In this document: positions 24,028 to 36,556 of the stretch, in pieces
How positions within the stretch are numbered: the stretch's first letter is position 1
Layout: every line of letters starts with the position of its first letter
Assembly (NCBI RefSeq): GCF_902459465.1
Contig: NC_047070.1
Coordinates: forward strand, 4,030,001 to 4,094,000
DNA: 64,000 nucleotides
Source: Asterias rubens
Lineage: Eukaryota
Reading direction: 5' to 3'
Position numbers and translations under genes: made by a program
The notes under the pieces: generated by a model
Seen by the model: the letters and a program-made list of their open reading frames with translations, nothing else
Databases searched by the model: none
Told to the model about the DNA's origin: nothing

Positions 24028-27000
24028 ATGGCGTCTAATAACACCAAGCGTAAAGACATGCTTGGCTTGAAGAAGAGAAGTTTATCCTTAAAGTTCGGCC
24101 AAAAAGAGGACATGCCTTTCTCACCGTTGCTCCCTACAAAGATGGGTGGACCTACATTGGCATCCCCAATGACTACGTTGTCTGCGTTCATGGGGGAGTT
24201 AAATTGGTAAGGAGCGAAAATTATGGTTTGTTGTAGCTTAAAGAGTCTATGCCAATTTCAGCATCAACACATACCTGAGTCATGCCCTTCTTTGTGATTT
24301 TTGATTGTGTTTGAAACTTTCTTCCGATGCAGCGGGGGTAGCAGCCTACAAAACGACGACTGTTGCTCTCTCGCACAGAAGACTTTTAAACTTTGGGTCG
24401 TCACATGACAAACATGACTGTACATACATGTCCTAAGCTTTGTCTGTTAAGAGTCTTTATTATGCAAATTTCAGCATCAAGAGGTACCTCATGTGGGCCC
24501 TACTTCTTTGTTTGAGATTTTAATTGTGTTTGAAACTTTATTCCAATGCAGCGAGGGTAGCACCCCTAAGCGACGCTTGTCACTCTCTAGCACAGGAGAC
24601 ACGCCGGTGAGCTCTCGAGCGTCGTCACAAAGTTCAGATCTAGGACAACCAGGTCAGTTGACCTCTTGCTGCATTTTTTTTCATGTTTCATTTTTAACTG
24701 TTTTCGTTGTAGTTGTTTTTCCATTAGTTTTGAATGTTTGTTGATGATGTTATAATTCTCTGAGTACATTGTATTGCTTTTTCTGAATTTTATATGTAAA
24801 CTTGTTTTTATCATTGTATGTAATGCTTGAATGCGCAGGAACAATTGTTTGCCTTTTTTTGTTTTTCTTTTAACAAAGGTTTTCAGAAATCCTTTAATAA
24901 TGTTTGAATATTCCTTGTGATTTATTAAAGTCTTTCATGCATCAACTGGTCTCTACTGACCTTTCTACATGTTCTAGATCCCTTCAAAAAACAGATGTTT
25001 TACAAAAAAGAACAAGTTGCACATCCACACAGTTTTCAGAATATGAAATAGGACTCTATTGTGACCTGTTTTTGGGCGCCAAATGTGCAAGAAATAAGTG
25101 AACAATTGATGATTGTGACACTGTTTTGCTGATGGATTGAATATGTTGCTGGTAAGCTTAATTGCTGGTACATATAGGCAGCAGTCAGCCACCAAATCCT
25201 TTGTCTGGCTTTTCATCATTGTAGCTCTTCTTTGGGAAAAATCTTTGCTTCAAAAACTGAGGCCTTTGGAGTTGCTAGGTTCAAATTTAAAAAGCTAGGC
25301 CCTAGGCATATAGATTGGTTTTAAGCTTCTTTTTTTTTTAGGAATTGCACAACAAAAAACTGCAACGATAGGCCTAAAATGTGTTAATTAAAAGATGTGC
25401 CAACAATTATGCAATGTCATTTATTTTGCGGAAGTTTTGGTATGTTTTTTTTATAAATGTTTTTGTGTATGCGTCATCCGTCAAATTTCGTTCAGACAAG
25501 ATTTTTTAAAGGAAAACATATCTTTCGGCAAAAATTGAGCCATGCAACTTTAACAAATTTTGAATAAAAAAAATGTGTGTTATTTTACAACATTTTAAAG
25601 CAATCCCTGTTAGAATGTGTTAAATCTTTGCGTTTTGTATTTTGTTGTTTTTTATGAAAATATCTGACAAAAGTTTATTTTGTCCCCCTTTTTTTGGTAC
25701 AGTATTTTACATAGGTTCCCCAACCGCAGACGAGTCCCCCTTTGCAGAACAGTAAGTGGTTTTCTATTCTTTCATTCCTTGAAACTACACCTCAGATATA
25801 TCACATGGTTTTAAGTTGCCCCCCATTCATTTCCTCAGTGTCCCTTCAAAAAGTCATTCCTAAAGATTTTAAAATTTGCAAAGTGAAACTTGGGCTGAAC
25901 AAAGAAGTGAATACACAGGTCTGTTTAAAACAGTCCCTCTGCCTACAGGTATCCGAAAGCCTAATAAATAAAAGATGGTTATGGTAGTAAGTAAGCTTGG
26001 GCGATATCGGTTTATTTTATTCATGATATATCACCGACAATATATCGCGATATTCGATATAATCGCGATTAATGAAATTTGACATCATCAGTCTTCAAAC
26101 TCCAAGTGAAAGTTGTAGAAGAGAGACAGTCATAGCTTAAGAGAGGTGTTCTAATGACCTATTCTTTTGGTTTTACTCCAAACCTATGGGGTGCAAGATG
26201 TCTCAGCTAGCAAATACATCGCGATATTTAATCGATATTGCGATATATCGCGATTATCGCGATTATCGATATTTCGATTAAAACCAAATCCATCCGATAT
26301 CGAAATCGTTTCCAAATTAATATCGCGATATTCGATAATATCGTGATATCGCCCAAGCTTAGTAGTAAGCATTCTTGCAAGGTCATTTCATCTGAAGTGT
26401 TCCCAACGATGAAAACACCAATGAATCACAGTTTTTTACTGTTCCTCAACTGGTAGATGCTGTAGTTCAAATGAAACTTTCAAATGTGACTTCTGCTGTA
26501 TCTTCATTGATAATTTGGCACATGAATCAGCATTGCATCAACAACAACCAACCTCACAACCGTTAACCATGGAGGAAAGAAAATTCTTCATCCATGCTTA
26601 AACCCTATCTCCACGCTTTAACCATGGAGGAATGGGGGGCTTTAACCAACTCAGTGAGTCACTATTTAAATACACCCCTCCCTCCCTTGCCCCCATCCTG
26701 GCAAGCTGTTGCATGTGTCCTTTTAATGGCTCATTGGTCTCTAGTCAATGAGGCAGGCAGCTGCCAGCTGGTCCTATGTTGGGTTACTTCAGTCCCTAAG
26801 CTATTTATCAAACCACGTAATTTGCATTTACAGGAACTGAGTGAACATGCATTGACTGCAAGTCTTTGTGTAAGAATTAAGATTTTCTAAGCACAGAAAA
26901 TCATGCTTAACAGAAACTGGTTACCAGCCAAAATCCCTTAAAGTTTACAGCTGCCAGCTGGTCTTTTGTTGGGTTACCAGTACTTCAGCAATAGCCTATT

Positions 27001-30000
27001 AATCAAACCATGTAATTAGCATTTACAGGAAACTCGGTGAATAATGTGTTGATTGCAGGTCTTTTTGAAAAAGCCTACTTTACATAATCTGATTAAGAAC
27101 ATTTTCCTGCTAAGGAAGATTTGTCTTTGCTAAGCTAAGCAAATTATCTGGGCCCAGTTGGTTTGGTTTGTTCACATTTTCAACACATGGGCTTGCCATA
27201 ATATGCTTCATACCACATAAAGATGATATCACACTCAAGAGTGTACATTGTACATAGAGTGGGGCACGAGTTGCATCAATGTAAACTTTACAGAATTTTG
27301 GCTTGTAACCAGTTTCTGTTAAGCATGATTTTCTGTGCTAAGCAAGTTGTTAATGCCTATTGGCTTTATGAAATAGACCGATCCATTAAGCTTCGCCCCA
27401 TTGCGTATTGACCAATCACAACGCAACAAAGGTCCGACAAAGGTCCGACATGCAACGCGCGCAGCAGAGTTGTGCAGAAAGGCTTTGGAGAGCCCCACGT
27501 GTTCTTGCTCACACTTGCGTTGTGGGTTGAGCCTACTGGATCGGTCTATTGGGCCCGAATCTAATGCATACCTTAAAGTTTTACACTAAAATTCCTCACT
27601 TAGTTTTAAGACTTCCAAATTACGTGAATTGTTTTTTCGTTTGCAGATCTTCTTCCCTGAGTGCATTCCGGCGCTACAATTCTCTCCCCAGTCCACAAGC
27701 TGCCCCTGATCCCCCAGTCTTCTTGTTATCCAAAGAAATAAAAAGTGAAGAGGGCTCAAATGGTTGCTTAGCGACGGAGGTTGATGAAAAGGAGTGTCAA
27801 AGAAAGAGAGCAGAGACGATCATGTGGGAAGCGTGTAATGACCAAGAAAATATTGATGTTCAGGTAGTTACATTATCAATATCGGGTTTCTACCCCAGAT
27901 TTTTTTTTTTTTTTTACGTCGGGAATTCTTGACCAAAAATTAGAATGTTTGGCCTAAATAAATAAGGTCACATTTGTTTTAAAAGCTCTACTCATTTAAA
28001 ACCACTCTAAAAACACTTATTTAAATCCATCTAGTCTATTCAGATTCTGCTATTTCATCCCACTTTTATTTGTAATTTGTTGTTATCCTACACTAATGTA
28101 ACAGATGCAAAGTGGTCCCTTTGTTTCCTGCCATAGTGAAGAATATTTTGAAAAGAAAAAAAGATTGCCAAAACAACTGTTTAAAATTTGATACAGTCCA
28201 TTAAAAAAAAACATGCATATAAATTGGCAATGTTTAAAATCTGTGGTTTGCTTTTTCCTCCAAATGCAGCGGAAAATTGAAACCTTCAAAACAGGCCGGC
28301 CCAGGCAGATTTCTTTCATCGAGGCTGGAACATTCGAAGCCACAACTAAAGAGAGACCAATCTCTGCTCCTGCTTCCTTGGTAAGTTTGACATCTTCATG
28401 TTTCACCCACAGTCTGGCAGAAATGCATGACTCAGATTGAGTTTTAGTTCCTCATCAATAGTTGGACTCTAGAAACGTCTTACGTGTAAGTTACTAAGAT
28501 GATTGATCACTCGGTACTGTTGTCAGTTTTTACATTGTAGTAATTTTTGACTTTCTGCTTCTTCTCACCCATACACTCTTGATTTGTTGAGATGTAGAAG
28601 GAGCCAACAGCTTTATTTCACGTACTGCATCTCTTTGCAACTCCTTGTCTGGTGCATGTTTCCTTCCATCATATGTGGTTGAGATGTAGAAGGAGCCAAC
28701 AGCTTTGTTTCACGTACTGCAACTTTTTGCAACTCCTTGTCTGGTGCATGTTTCCTTCCATCATATGTGGTTGAGATGTAGAAGAAGCCAACAGCTTTAT
28801 TTCACGTACTGCATCTCTTTGCAACTCCTTGTCTGGTGCATGTTTCCTTCCATCATATGTGGTTGAGATGTAGAAGGAGCCAACAGCTTTATTCCACGTA
28901 CTGCATCTCTTTGCAACTCCTTGTCTGGTGCATGTTTCCTTCCATCATATGTGGTTGAGATGTAGAAGGAGCCAACAGCTTTATTCCACGTACTGCATCT
29001 CTTTGCAACTCCTTGCCTGGTACATGTTTCCTTCCATCATATGATCTAGACTTTCCCGCTAAGTCCCTTGAACAAAAACAAAAAGAAGTTTAGTGGGAAT
29101 CAAACTTATATATGCTGAACTTTGTCCTGATGTTTTCTTTTTCTGTGTTAGCTTGAGCAGGCAGCGAGACCACAGACGACCGTACTCAACTCCCCTGTCA
29201 AGCTTCAACACTGCCGCCTCGTCAGCAGCAACGAAGATGAGGAAGATGGTTTTACTGAACTCTTCATGGATTCAAATGAGGTGAGCCAATCAAACATCTC
29301 CTTTTACTGAAGTCTGTTTGGAATTCAAATCTGTAAAGCCAATCAAGTGTATCCTTTTTTTCTGAAATCGTCATGGGTTCAAATCTGCTAAGCCAATCAT
29401 GCGTCTTCTTTTCATTTTGCCATTTTCATTTTGCAAAGGGCACTTCAATTGGAAAATCTTGAAGGTAGTGGGAAACTTTTGAAGGGGCACCAAGGCGAAG
29501 ACCAGGGGCAACGGAGGCCTAGCCTCCATGTAATGGCCTGCTTTGAACAACAGCTTTCAGTTGTGTAAAGTGTTTCCCCCTTGAATGGTCAAAAATGCAA
29601 TCACCAGTGTCTGTTATGTCCACAAAATTCAATACAGAAAGGATTTAACCTTCATACTTTTTGTGACCATGTAAAATTTGTGAAGTTTCTGAATTGCATT
29701 TTGTACAGATTACTAATTCTAGACATTCTTGTCACAGGCCTCAGAATCGGCTGTACCCGGGAGTCTGTGCAGCCTCCTCAGCGCCCCCATGGTCATCTCA
29801 CCGCCTACCCCATCCTCTGACCACGCCCTTCGTGACCTCGACTGCAACACTTTAGATGACACCCCGAATGGTCCCAAATGTCGAAGAACAATCTTCAAAG
29901 TCCCGAGCCAACCCGTGATGAGAAGGTCATCCTTCTTAAAGCGGGCAGATCGACCGCGGGACACCCCAAGCCCAGTTCAGAGTAAAAGATACAGGAGTAG

Positions 30001-33000
30001 TTCAGATACCCTCGCGCCTGAACTTGATAGAGAATTAGATACACAGATATATCAGGTATGGATATCACACGAGATATTCTTGGTTACATGAGGCAGTGCT
30101 GTAATCTATATTAACTAGTTTATTTTTATTATTATTAATTTTTTTTTTTTTGGGGGGGGGGGGGGAGAAACGATTGATGCACGAATCATTTTGGTTGCTC
30201 AAAATTCAAATTTTCAATAAAGAAGAGTTGACACTGTTTTCAGGTGAAACCTTTGGAGACTTTTGTTTTCTCTTTCTTTAAAGGCAGTGGACACTATTGG
30301 TAATTGTCAAAGATTAGTCTTCACAGTTGGTGTATCTCAACATATGCATAAAATAACAAACCTGTGAAAATGTCTGCTCAATCGGTCGTCGAAGTTGCGA
30401 GATAATTATGCAAGAAAAAACACCCTTGTCACACCATGTCGTGTGCTTTCTATGCTTGATTTCGAGACCTCAAATTCTAAACTTGAGATCTCGAAATCAA
30501 ATTCGTGGAAAATTACTTCTTTCTCGAAAACTACGTCACTTCAGAGGGAGCTGTTTCTCACAATGTTTTATACTATCAACCTCTCCGCATTACTTGTAAT
30601 CAAGAAAGGTTTTATGATGATAATTAGTTGTAGTAATTACCAATAGTGTCCACTGCCTTTAAAGTTTTGCCTTTGAGCATCACATTATGACAAAAATCGA
30701 TCTATAGCGTTACCTTTGTGATAAATGTATTGTGTATGATGTTACGTGTTCAACGTTACATAATCCTGTGATTGTTTTTAAACCATTGGCTGTGAAAACT
30801 ATTCTTCTTCTTCATTATCTGCTCTGATTCAACTGATTTATGTTTAAACAAAAATTGTATTTCACTGTGTCCTGTTTTCCCCTCCCTGCTGACTACTCCA
30901 GGACTATTTTTTGTATTGCATTTTGGTTTTTGTTGTTGTTAAGGTACTGTTTTCCTCTGCCGACATCAGTTTTTTCATTGTTTACTGTTTTCCCTGCTAA
31001 CTCCCCAGGACTATTTTATGTAATGCATTTTGAATTTTACTCTTAACTGTGTAACTGCTAAATTCATAGTTTATAGTTTGCATTTTGTATTTTATTGTTG
31101 TCGTATGTTTAAAAATGTGGTTTTCGTTTGCAAATGATTTGGTATAAATGGTGTTTTGTAGGCTTATAACTTTTAAAATAGACCACCTTTCTAGATCACA
31201 TGATGATGTTTACAAAAAAGGCCATAGAGCCTTGAAACGAATTTGTACACAGCTCAAAGAAATCATGAAACTGTTCATTATTTTTAGATGTCTATTGCAT
31301 GCACTGTATGATTTGTATCAGCTTTGGATACGAAGAAAGGGGGCAGGCACATCTAAAAACTTGTTCGGCTGATTCTTTTTTTAAATTCTTTATTTATTTG
31401 CTTATTACGACAAAAAAAGGAAATCTTCTCAATTCTTTTGCTTGCAAGAACCATTCCTAATTTCGTTGACCTGCTTTTCAAAGCAGGAAACTTTGCTGAA
31501 ATATTGTCTACTAAGCTAAAATGAGTAGGGGAGCAGCCATAAAGGGTACATGTAACTTGGTATTTTAGGCTGGTAATCTTATTCCCGTAACCATAATTAT
31601 TTTAGGCGTAGGGTGTAGAAAGTAGGCCTACTTTTTTGTAAACAACGTATATATGAAATATTTCTTTTGATCTGTTATACTGACTTGACGGTACATCTCC
31701 TTTTTGCAGAGTCCGAGGGCGCGGCGTCTTGGGCGATCCCATTCTATGGATGAGGGGCGGGACTATCATCAGAAAGTGGCCATGGCTTTAAATTGTGACC
31801 ATACTGTGCTCACTGGTGACCGCACAAAGGTAGGCTAGAAAGGGAGTTAGAGGTAAAATGTAGAAGGGGGGGGGGTAAATCTAGCAATGAGAAATTCAGA
31901 TTTTGATCTGAATTCAGATTGAAAAAAAAAGGCTTTTATTTAGGTTTGTTGTGATTTGTGAGGAGTTTTTCCTGATTTGAGGATCTCTCCCTGTGCCTTC
32001 TGTTTTTCTTGTATTCAATAAACAACTCAACTTTAATACCCCTTTTCTCAGTTTTATTCTCTCGCATTTCTTGTTGTTTCTACTTCCACAACTTTTGAAA
32101 CAAAGGTTTGGTTTTAGCAGTAATAAAACATAGATTGCTCTGCTCAATAAAAAAATAAAATTTTCCTGGGTCGACAACTGACTCATCTTGCTTGATCGCA
32201 TCATATGTAATATGCACAAGTAGGTCAGACCTTGTATTCAATTAATTTTTTAGAAGAGCCAAGAAAATATCTTGTTGGTACAATACGATAATGTTGAGTC
32301 ATAATTCTTTTCAGCCGGACGCCTTACCGCTGTGTGATGGTAAACACCGCGACTTAAAGAGCATCACACCAGAGACGATGTGTAGAGTCTTAAGGTCAGA
32401 GTTCCCAAAGGTCAAAGAGCACTTCATCCTTGACTGTCGATACCCCTACGAGTACAAAGGCGGACACATCAAGGTCAGATTTGTAATATCCTCAAAAATA
32501 GTAAATGCAGGCCTGATACTGACCTGCAGGCAATGGTCATGGCCTTGGTGCCCTTGAAATGCTATAGTAGAGATTTACAGTCTCCTCATAGGGTGCCCTT
32601 TATCAAGGAAAATTGCATTGGTGCCCTTGCCCTTTCAAAACGTTGATGTCCTGACGTTTCGACCCTAGCAGAATCTTTCTGGAAGGCCTTCTGCTAAGGT
32701 GAAAAACGTTGGGACATTTACTATTTATACCACAGGTCCTTTTGTTTTGTGAGCATTTTGCAGTAGCTATTGTTTTGTTTTCATCTTAATATCTTGCTAA
32801 CAATGTTTTTACTGTAAGCTATTTTGAAGTTTTAGCATCTAGTTTGTGTACATTTTTACTCTTCATCAGCTAAAACGTCTGTTGTCATTTTAAGAAATGC
32901 TCGTTCTGCTATGATCAAGATTTTATTATTTTTATAATGTAATCCTTTCATAATTCGGGTAGCCATTATTTGCTAATAGCTTGCTTCCACCAGTCCTTCA

Positions 33001-34291
33001 GGATTTAACTTTATATAGTACAGTCTCACTCGGTCTTTTTTATTAAACATTTTTATTGTTTTTTTTTTTTTACAGGGAGCCATGAATCTTTACACCAAGG
33101 ATTTGGTCAGAAATTTCTTCTTGGAAAAACCCATGGAGGAGAAAGAAGGGCGTGTCATCATCTTCCACTGTGAATTCTCATCCAAGCGAGGGCCGGACTT
33201 GCTCCGTTTCCTCCGTAACAAAGATCGGGACGCCAACATCGACCACTACCCGACCCTCTATTATCCAGAACTCTATATTTTATACGGCGGGTATAAAGCA
33301 TTCTACGAAAACGACAAGGTACGTCAGAAAAAACTTTTGAAGAAGTAATATTTGTGATATTTCTAGCTTGCCAAACCCAGGCATGATACTTCACAGTAGG
33401 CAATGGAGCCAAACGCCTTCATTGCCCTATGGCATTGCCTTGGTGCCCTTGAAATATTCCTGCCCTGATACTTCATAAAGGCAATTGAGGCAACATGCCC
33501 CGAGTAATTGCCTTGGTGCCCCTTGAAATGTCCCAATTGAATTTACATTTTCCCCTTATAGAGGCCCTTTACCAGAGCTCCCAAGTCTCCCTGATTCTGC
33601 AGAAAGTGTCCTGAAAAAAATCTTTCCATGTTCAGATGAACAAAAAATTTGAATCTTCCTGAAGGTGGAAACTATTTCTCTATTATGCTGAATGTAATTC
33701 TAAAGTTATAAGTGTGATATAACCATATATGATACGAAATTCAACAATAGTTGAACTAATATTTTGAATTTTGATTTGGTTTTAGAATAACTATTTGCCC
33801 GGCTTTAGTGATGTATTAAACATGTTTGTAACTTTTTCGTCTAACCTTGTAAGAATTTTGTTTTTGTTTTACACTCAGTTTTCTGTTTTTGATTCATGGC
33901 TTTTCTTATTGCTCTGTATTTAATTATTTTACTATTACTGTTTGTTCACAGAACCCTTAGGGATAGCTGTTGTGATACTGATAAGGGCATCCTCTCTAAA
34001 TAAACGAGTGAAACAAATAAATAAATAAACCATCATTAATAGTTTGAAATGTAAAAAATCCTCTCTTAATAAATAAATGGGGGAAAAATGGGGAGAAAAA
34101 ACATCATTAATAGTTTAAAATGTAACAAACCATTTTTCTCTTATGTTCCATAGACAATGTGTGAGCCGCAGACGTACTTACCAATGGAACACGAAGACTA
34201 CCGGGAAGATTGCAAAACCTTCAAGGCCAAGTCAAAGTCATGGGCGGGGGAACGTAGCCGTCTCGGCCACCGAAAAACCAGCGTCAGCTGA
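24028..34291 (+). CDS. CDC25: Cdc25 M-phase inducer phosphatase (string/Cdc25 family), 11 coding exons, about 583 aa
   Basis: Exons 24028-24206, 24552-24652, 25715-25751, 27647-27863, 28270-28380, 29152-29280, 29738-30055, 31710-31829, 32315-32473, 33076-33318, 34154-34291 join in frame (1752 nt). The rhodanese-fold catalytic domain has ILDCRYPYEYKGGHIKGA, IIFHCEFSSKRGP (HCX5R), YPELYILYGGY and CEPQTYLPM. N-terminal SPMTTL, TPKRRLSLS, FRRYNSLP and EEDGF motifs are also present. Confidence 0.95.
24333..24420 (+). pseudogene. Decayed tandem duplicate of Cdc25 coding exon 2 (pseudo-exon)
   Basis: The acceptor context TTGTGTTTGAAACTTT..CC.ATGCAG and the exon start CGGGGGTAGCAG..ACGAC..CTCTCGCACAGAAGAC copy the true exon at 24552. 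The copy carries an indel, an in-frame TGA and no donor. Confidence 0.75.
25992..26361. mobile_element. hAT-like MITE with 8-bp target site duplication in a Cdc25 intron
   Basis: TIR TAAGCTTGGGCGATATC ... GATATCGCCCAAGCTTA and a perfect 8-bp direct repeat GTAGTAAG at 25984-91 and 26362-69. Confidence 0.85.
28586..29043. repeat. 5 x 92-bp tandem repeat in a Cdc25 intron
   Basis: GTTGAGATGTAGAAGGAGCCAACAGC... starts at 28586, 28678, 28770, 28862 and 28954; the copies are near-identical. Confidence 0.95.
30282..30658. mobile_element. Kolobok/T2-like MITE (representative intact copy of a family with more than 20 copies in the window)
   Basis: Terminal inverted repeats AGGCAGTGGACACTATTGGTAAT ... 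ATTACCAATAGTGTCCACTGCCT flanked by TTAA on both sides. Approximate other copies: 1310-2285 (interrupted), 8062-8444, 8608-8992, 9400-9895, 12330-12935, 37640-37965, 39030-39392, 40380-40705, 40703-41085, 43062-43433, 44048-44428, 44644-45012, 45930-46230, 46395-46530, 52837-53220, 55836-56173, 56985-57250, 57816-58024, 59250-59560, 61255-61648, 62042-62312. TTAA target sites with purine-purine termini are the Kolobok signature. Confidence 0.85.
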
Positions 34292-34649
34292 TGAGGTACC
34301 ATTAGGCAAGGAATGATTGAAATATTGCAGGTATACAGCATTCCTTCAACGATCTTGAACTCTTGGGGGCAGCAGACACTCCGGTGTTACCTGGAAAATA
34401 TCTGTACGACTGATCAGTTGATTGCTGTGTAGCCCAACCCTTAAACCTGTCACTAGGCAGTGCAGTACAACCTAGACTGGGCCCCTGTCTTTATCCGCAA
34501 GGATAAAGACAGGTCCCTGCTCCTCAGATCCAGTGATTCCATTGGATACAATGATATCATTTGATAAACGTGCAGTGACATGAGATTTCCATAGATGCCC
34601 AAACAGTACACTGCTCTCACGGCCGCAATAGATTTTGACTGCGTGTCTG

Positions 34650-34899
34650 TACTCTCTAAATGTAAAAGAGTGCAAAACACCACTCATTACATTTCGAGCT
34701 GTCCCTCATATGGCTCTTCAAAAAGAGTGGTGCGGTTATTTCACTCTTTTAGGGGGTTTCACCCCAGGACAGAGTGAAAAATTACTCAAAAAGATGCAAA
34801 CTTCAATCTAAAAGAATGGAAGACCACTCGAAAAAGAGTTGTCCTTCATAATATTGCTCTTCAAAGAGTGCCTTTTCACTCTTTTACATTAAGAGAGTA
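34650..34899. mobile_element. TA-flanked MITE downstream of the Cdc25 stop (second copy 42750-42991, inverted)
   Basis: TIR TACTCTCTAAATGTAAAAGAGTG ... CACTCTTTTACATTAAGAGAGTA. The internal sequence matches the reverse complement of the 42750-42991 copy. Confidence 0.75.
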
Positions 34900-36556
34900 T
34901 GTGAAATGAATGTAGGTCAAAGGTGAAAGTACATGCCGGTCTGGAGGCAGGTCTCTGGCGTTATTCACGAGCCTCGAAGTGTGACGTCAGAGTTCAGGCT
35001 AAGTACAACCCAGGTACCACCGCAGTGCTGCCACCAAGAGTTCTTGATCAGTAAACTGCTGTATACTTTGTAGGGGGGAGGCATTTCTTCATATTGAGGG
35101 AACAGTGCCAAGTCAAGTAGTCTCTGTAATAATAATAATAATAATAATAAGGTTGCTGCTTGGTCACACACCTATGTTTCGAAACTCTTATGTTCTGACC
35201 CTATTTTCCTATGCCCTTTTAATCCCGACCCTAGCAACTTCAGGATGGGTTGTCAGAACATAGGGTTGTCGGCACACCCTACAAGCATGATTTTGTCCCT
35301 ACTCTAGTCTGATTTCTGAGTATTTGAATGTATAAAGAGCGACAATGTTTTAAGAAAAAGACAGACAATATGAGCTAAGCTGAAATCCAATATAAGATTT
35401 TTTTTAATATTTGAAATAATAATGAGTTAATAATCTGTGTGTTAAGTTAAAGTTTGTAAGGTGTACGTTTGATAAAAATAATCGGGTAAAATTTATATAT
35501 TTTCTTCTGATTATGTGTTCTATCGACATCAGTATTAAATAAAAAATCTTTTTTTTTTTATATGGTTCTGATTTTTTTGTGGTGAAGAGTGCAGCTAAGT
35601 TAACGTCATTTTACTTTGAAGACAAAATCAAGGTTGATTTCATGGAAATATGAATTCCTTTCTTTTTCTACCTTGTTAAAATTAATATTGGATTCCTTCC
35701 ACAGTTAACAAACATTAAAGGGAACACCTATAACGTAGTTAAATACTGCTTTAACACTCAACGGACTGATCCATTGTTACACCTATCGGTGCTAAATGGT
35801 ACAATATCTATTTAGAAAGTTGCCAAACTTTGTAGGATTTGGAAGTGCACACCCAGATAACAATGCATATCATTGGATCCGGTATTGTCCTTGTTCAAGT
35901 CCTATCATTTTGTCTGTTGAGAAAGGATGAGAAATTTACTACAGAAACACTAGGAACATATAAAGTTGAACAAAAATTGATTGGTTTATTCATGCCCAGC
36001 AGTCCAAAAGGTTCAAGCCTATTCACATTTTGATAATGGGGTTTTTAAACGTCCGTGTTTACGTTAACCTTAATGGATCGGTCTTAAAATTTATTTAATT
36101 GGAGGTCAAACTAGACAGGGTGTTGGTTTGTTTTCATAGCGATCAGTGTTTATAAATTAAATTGAGAGAACAAACTAATATATAGTGGGTCAGATTTATA
36201 AACGTATGCCATTTGCTCCTTTTACTATTTTTCGTTTATATTTAGATGTTTTTCAAAGTTTGCTCAACAGTTTTTTTTTTTTTTTTTTTCTTCTTTTTTT
36301 TTCAAATTATTTTGAGAAAAATGGTGTCTGTATTCAAGATTTATCATTTTTTGTGTAACTTAATTATGTAAATAACCAGGTTATTGGTTGTTCGACTCTA
36401 ACTTTGTATACAACAGCTGTTCTGATTAGCTTAGATACATGTTAAAATGTCAAACCAAATAGGTCATATTTTTATTTTGTAAATACAAATCAATTATGCA
36501 ATACCAAATGTGTATATTAGATGAATACAATGTACATAACTTTGTACAGTCAGTGT

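Noticed and set aside
28586-29043. CRISPR-like appearance of regular repeats (also 59725-60532 and 9438-9585)
   Set aside because: No unique spacers, no cas genes, and the context is a spliced eukaryotic locus.
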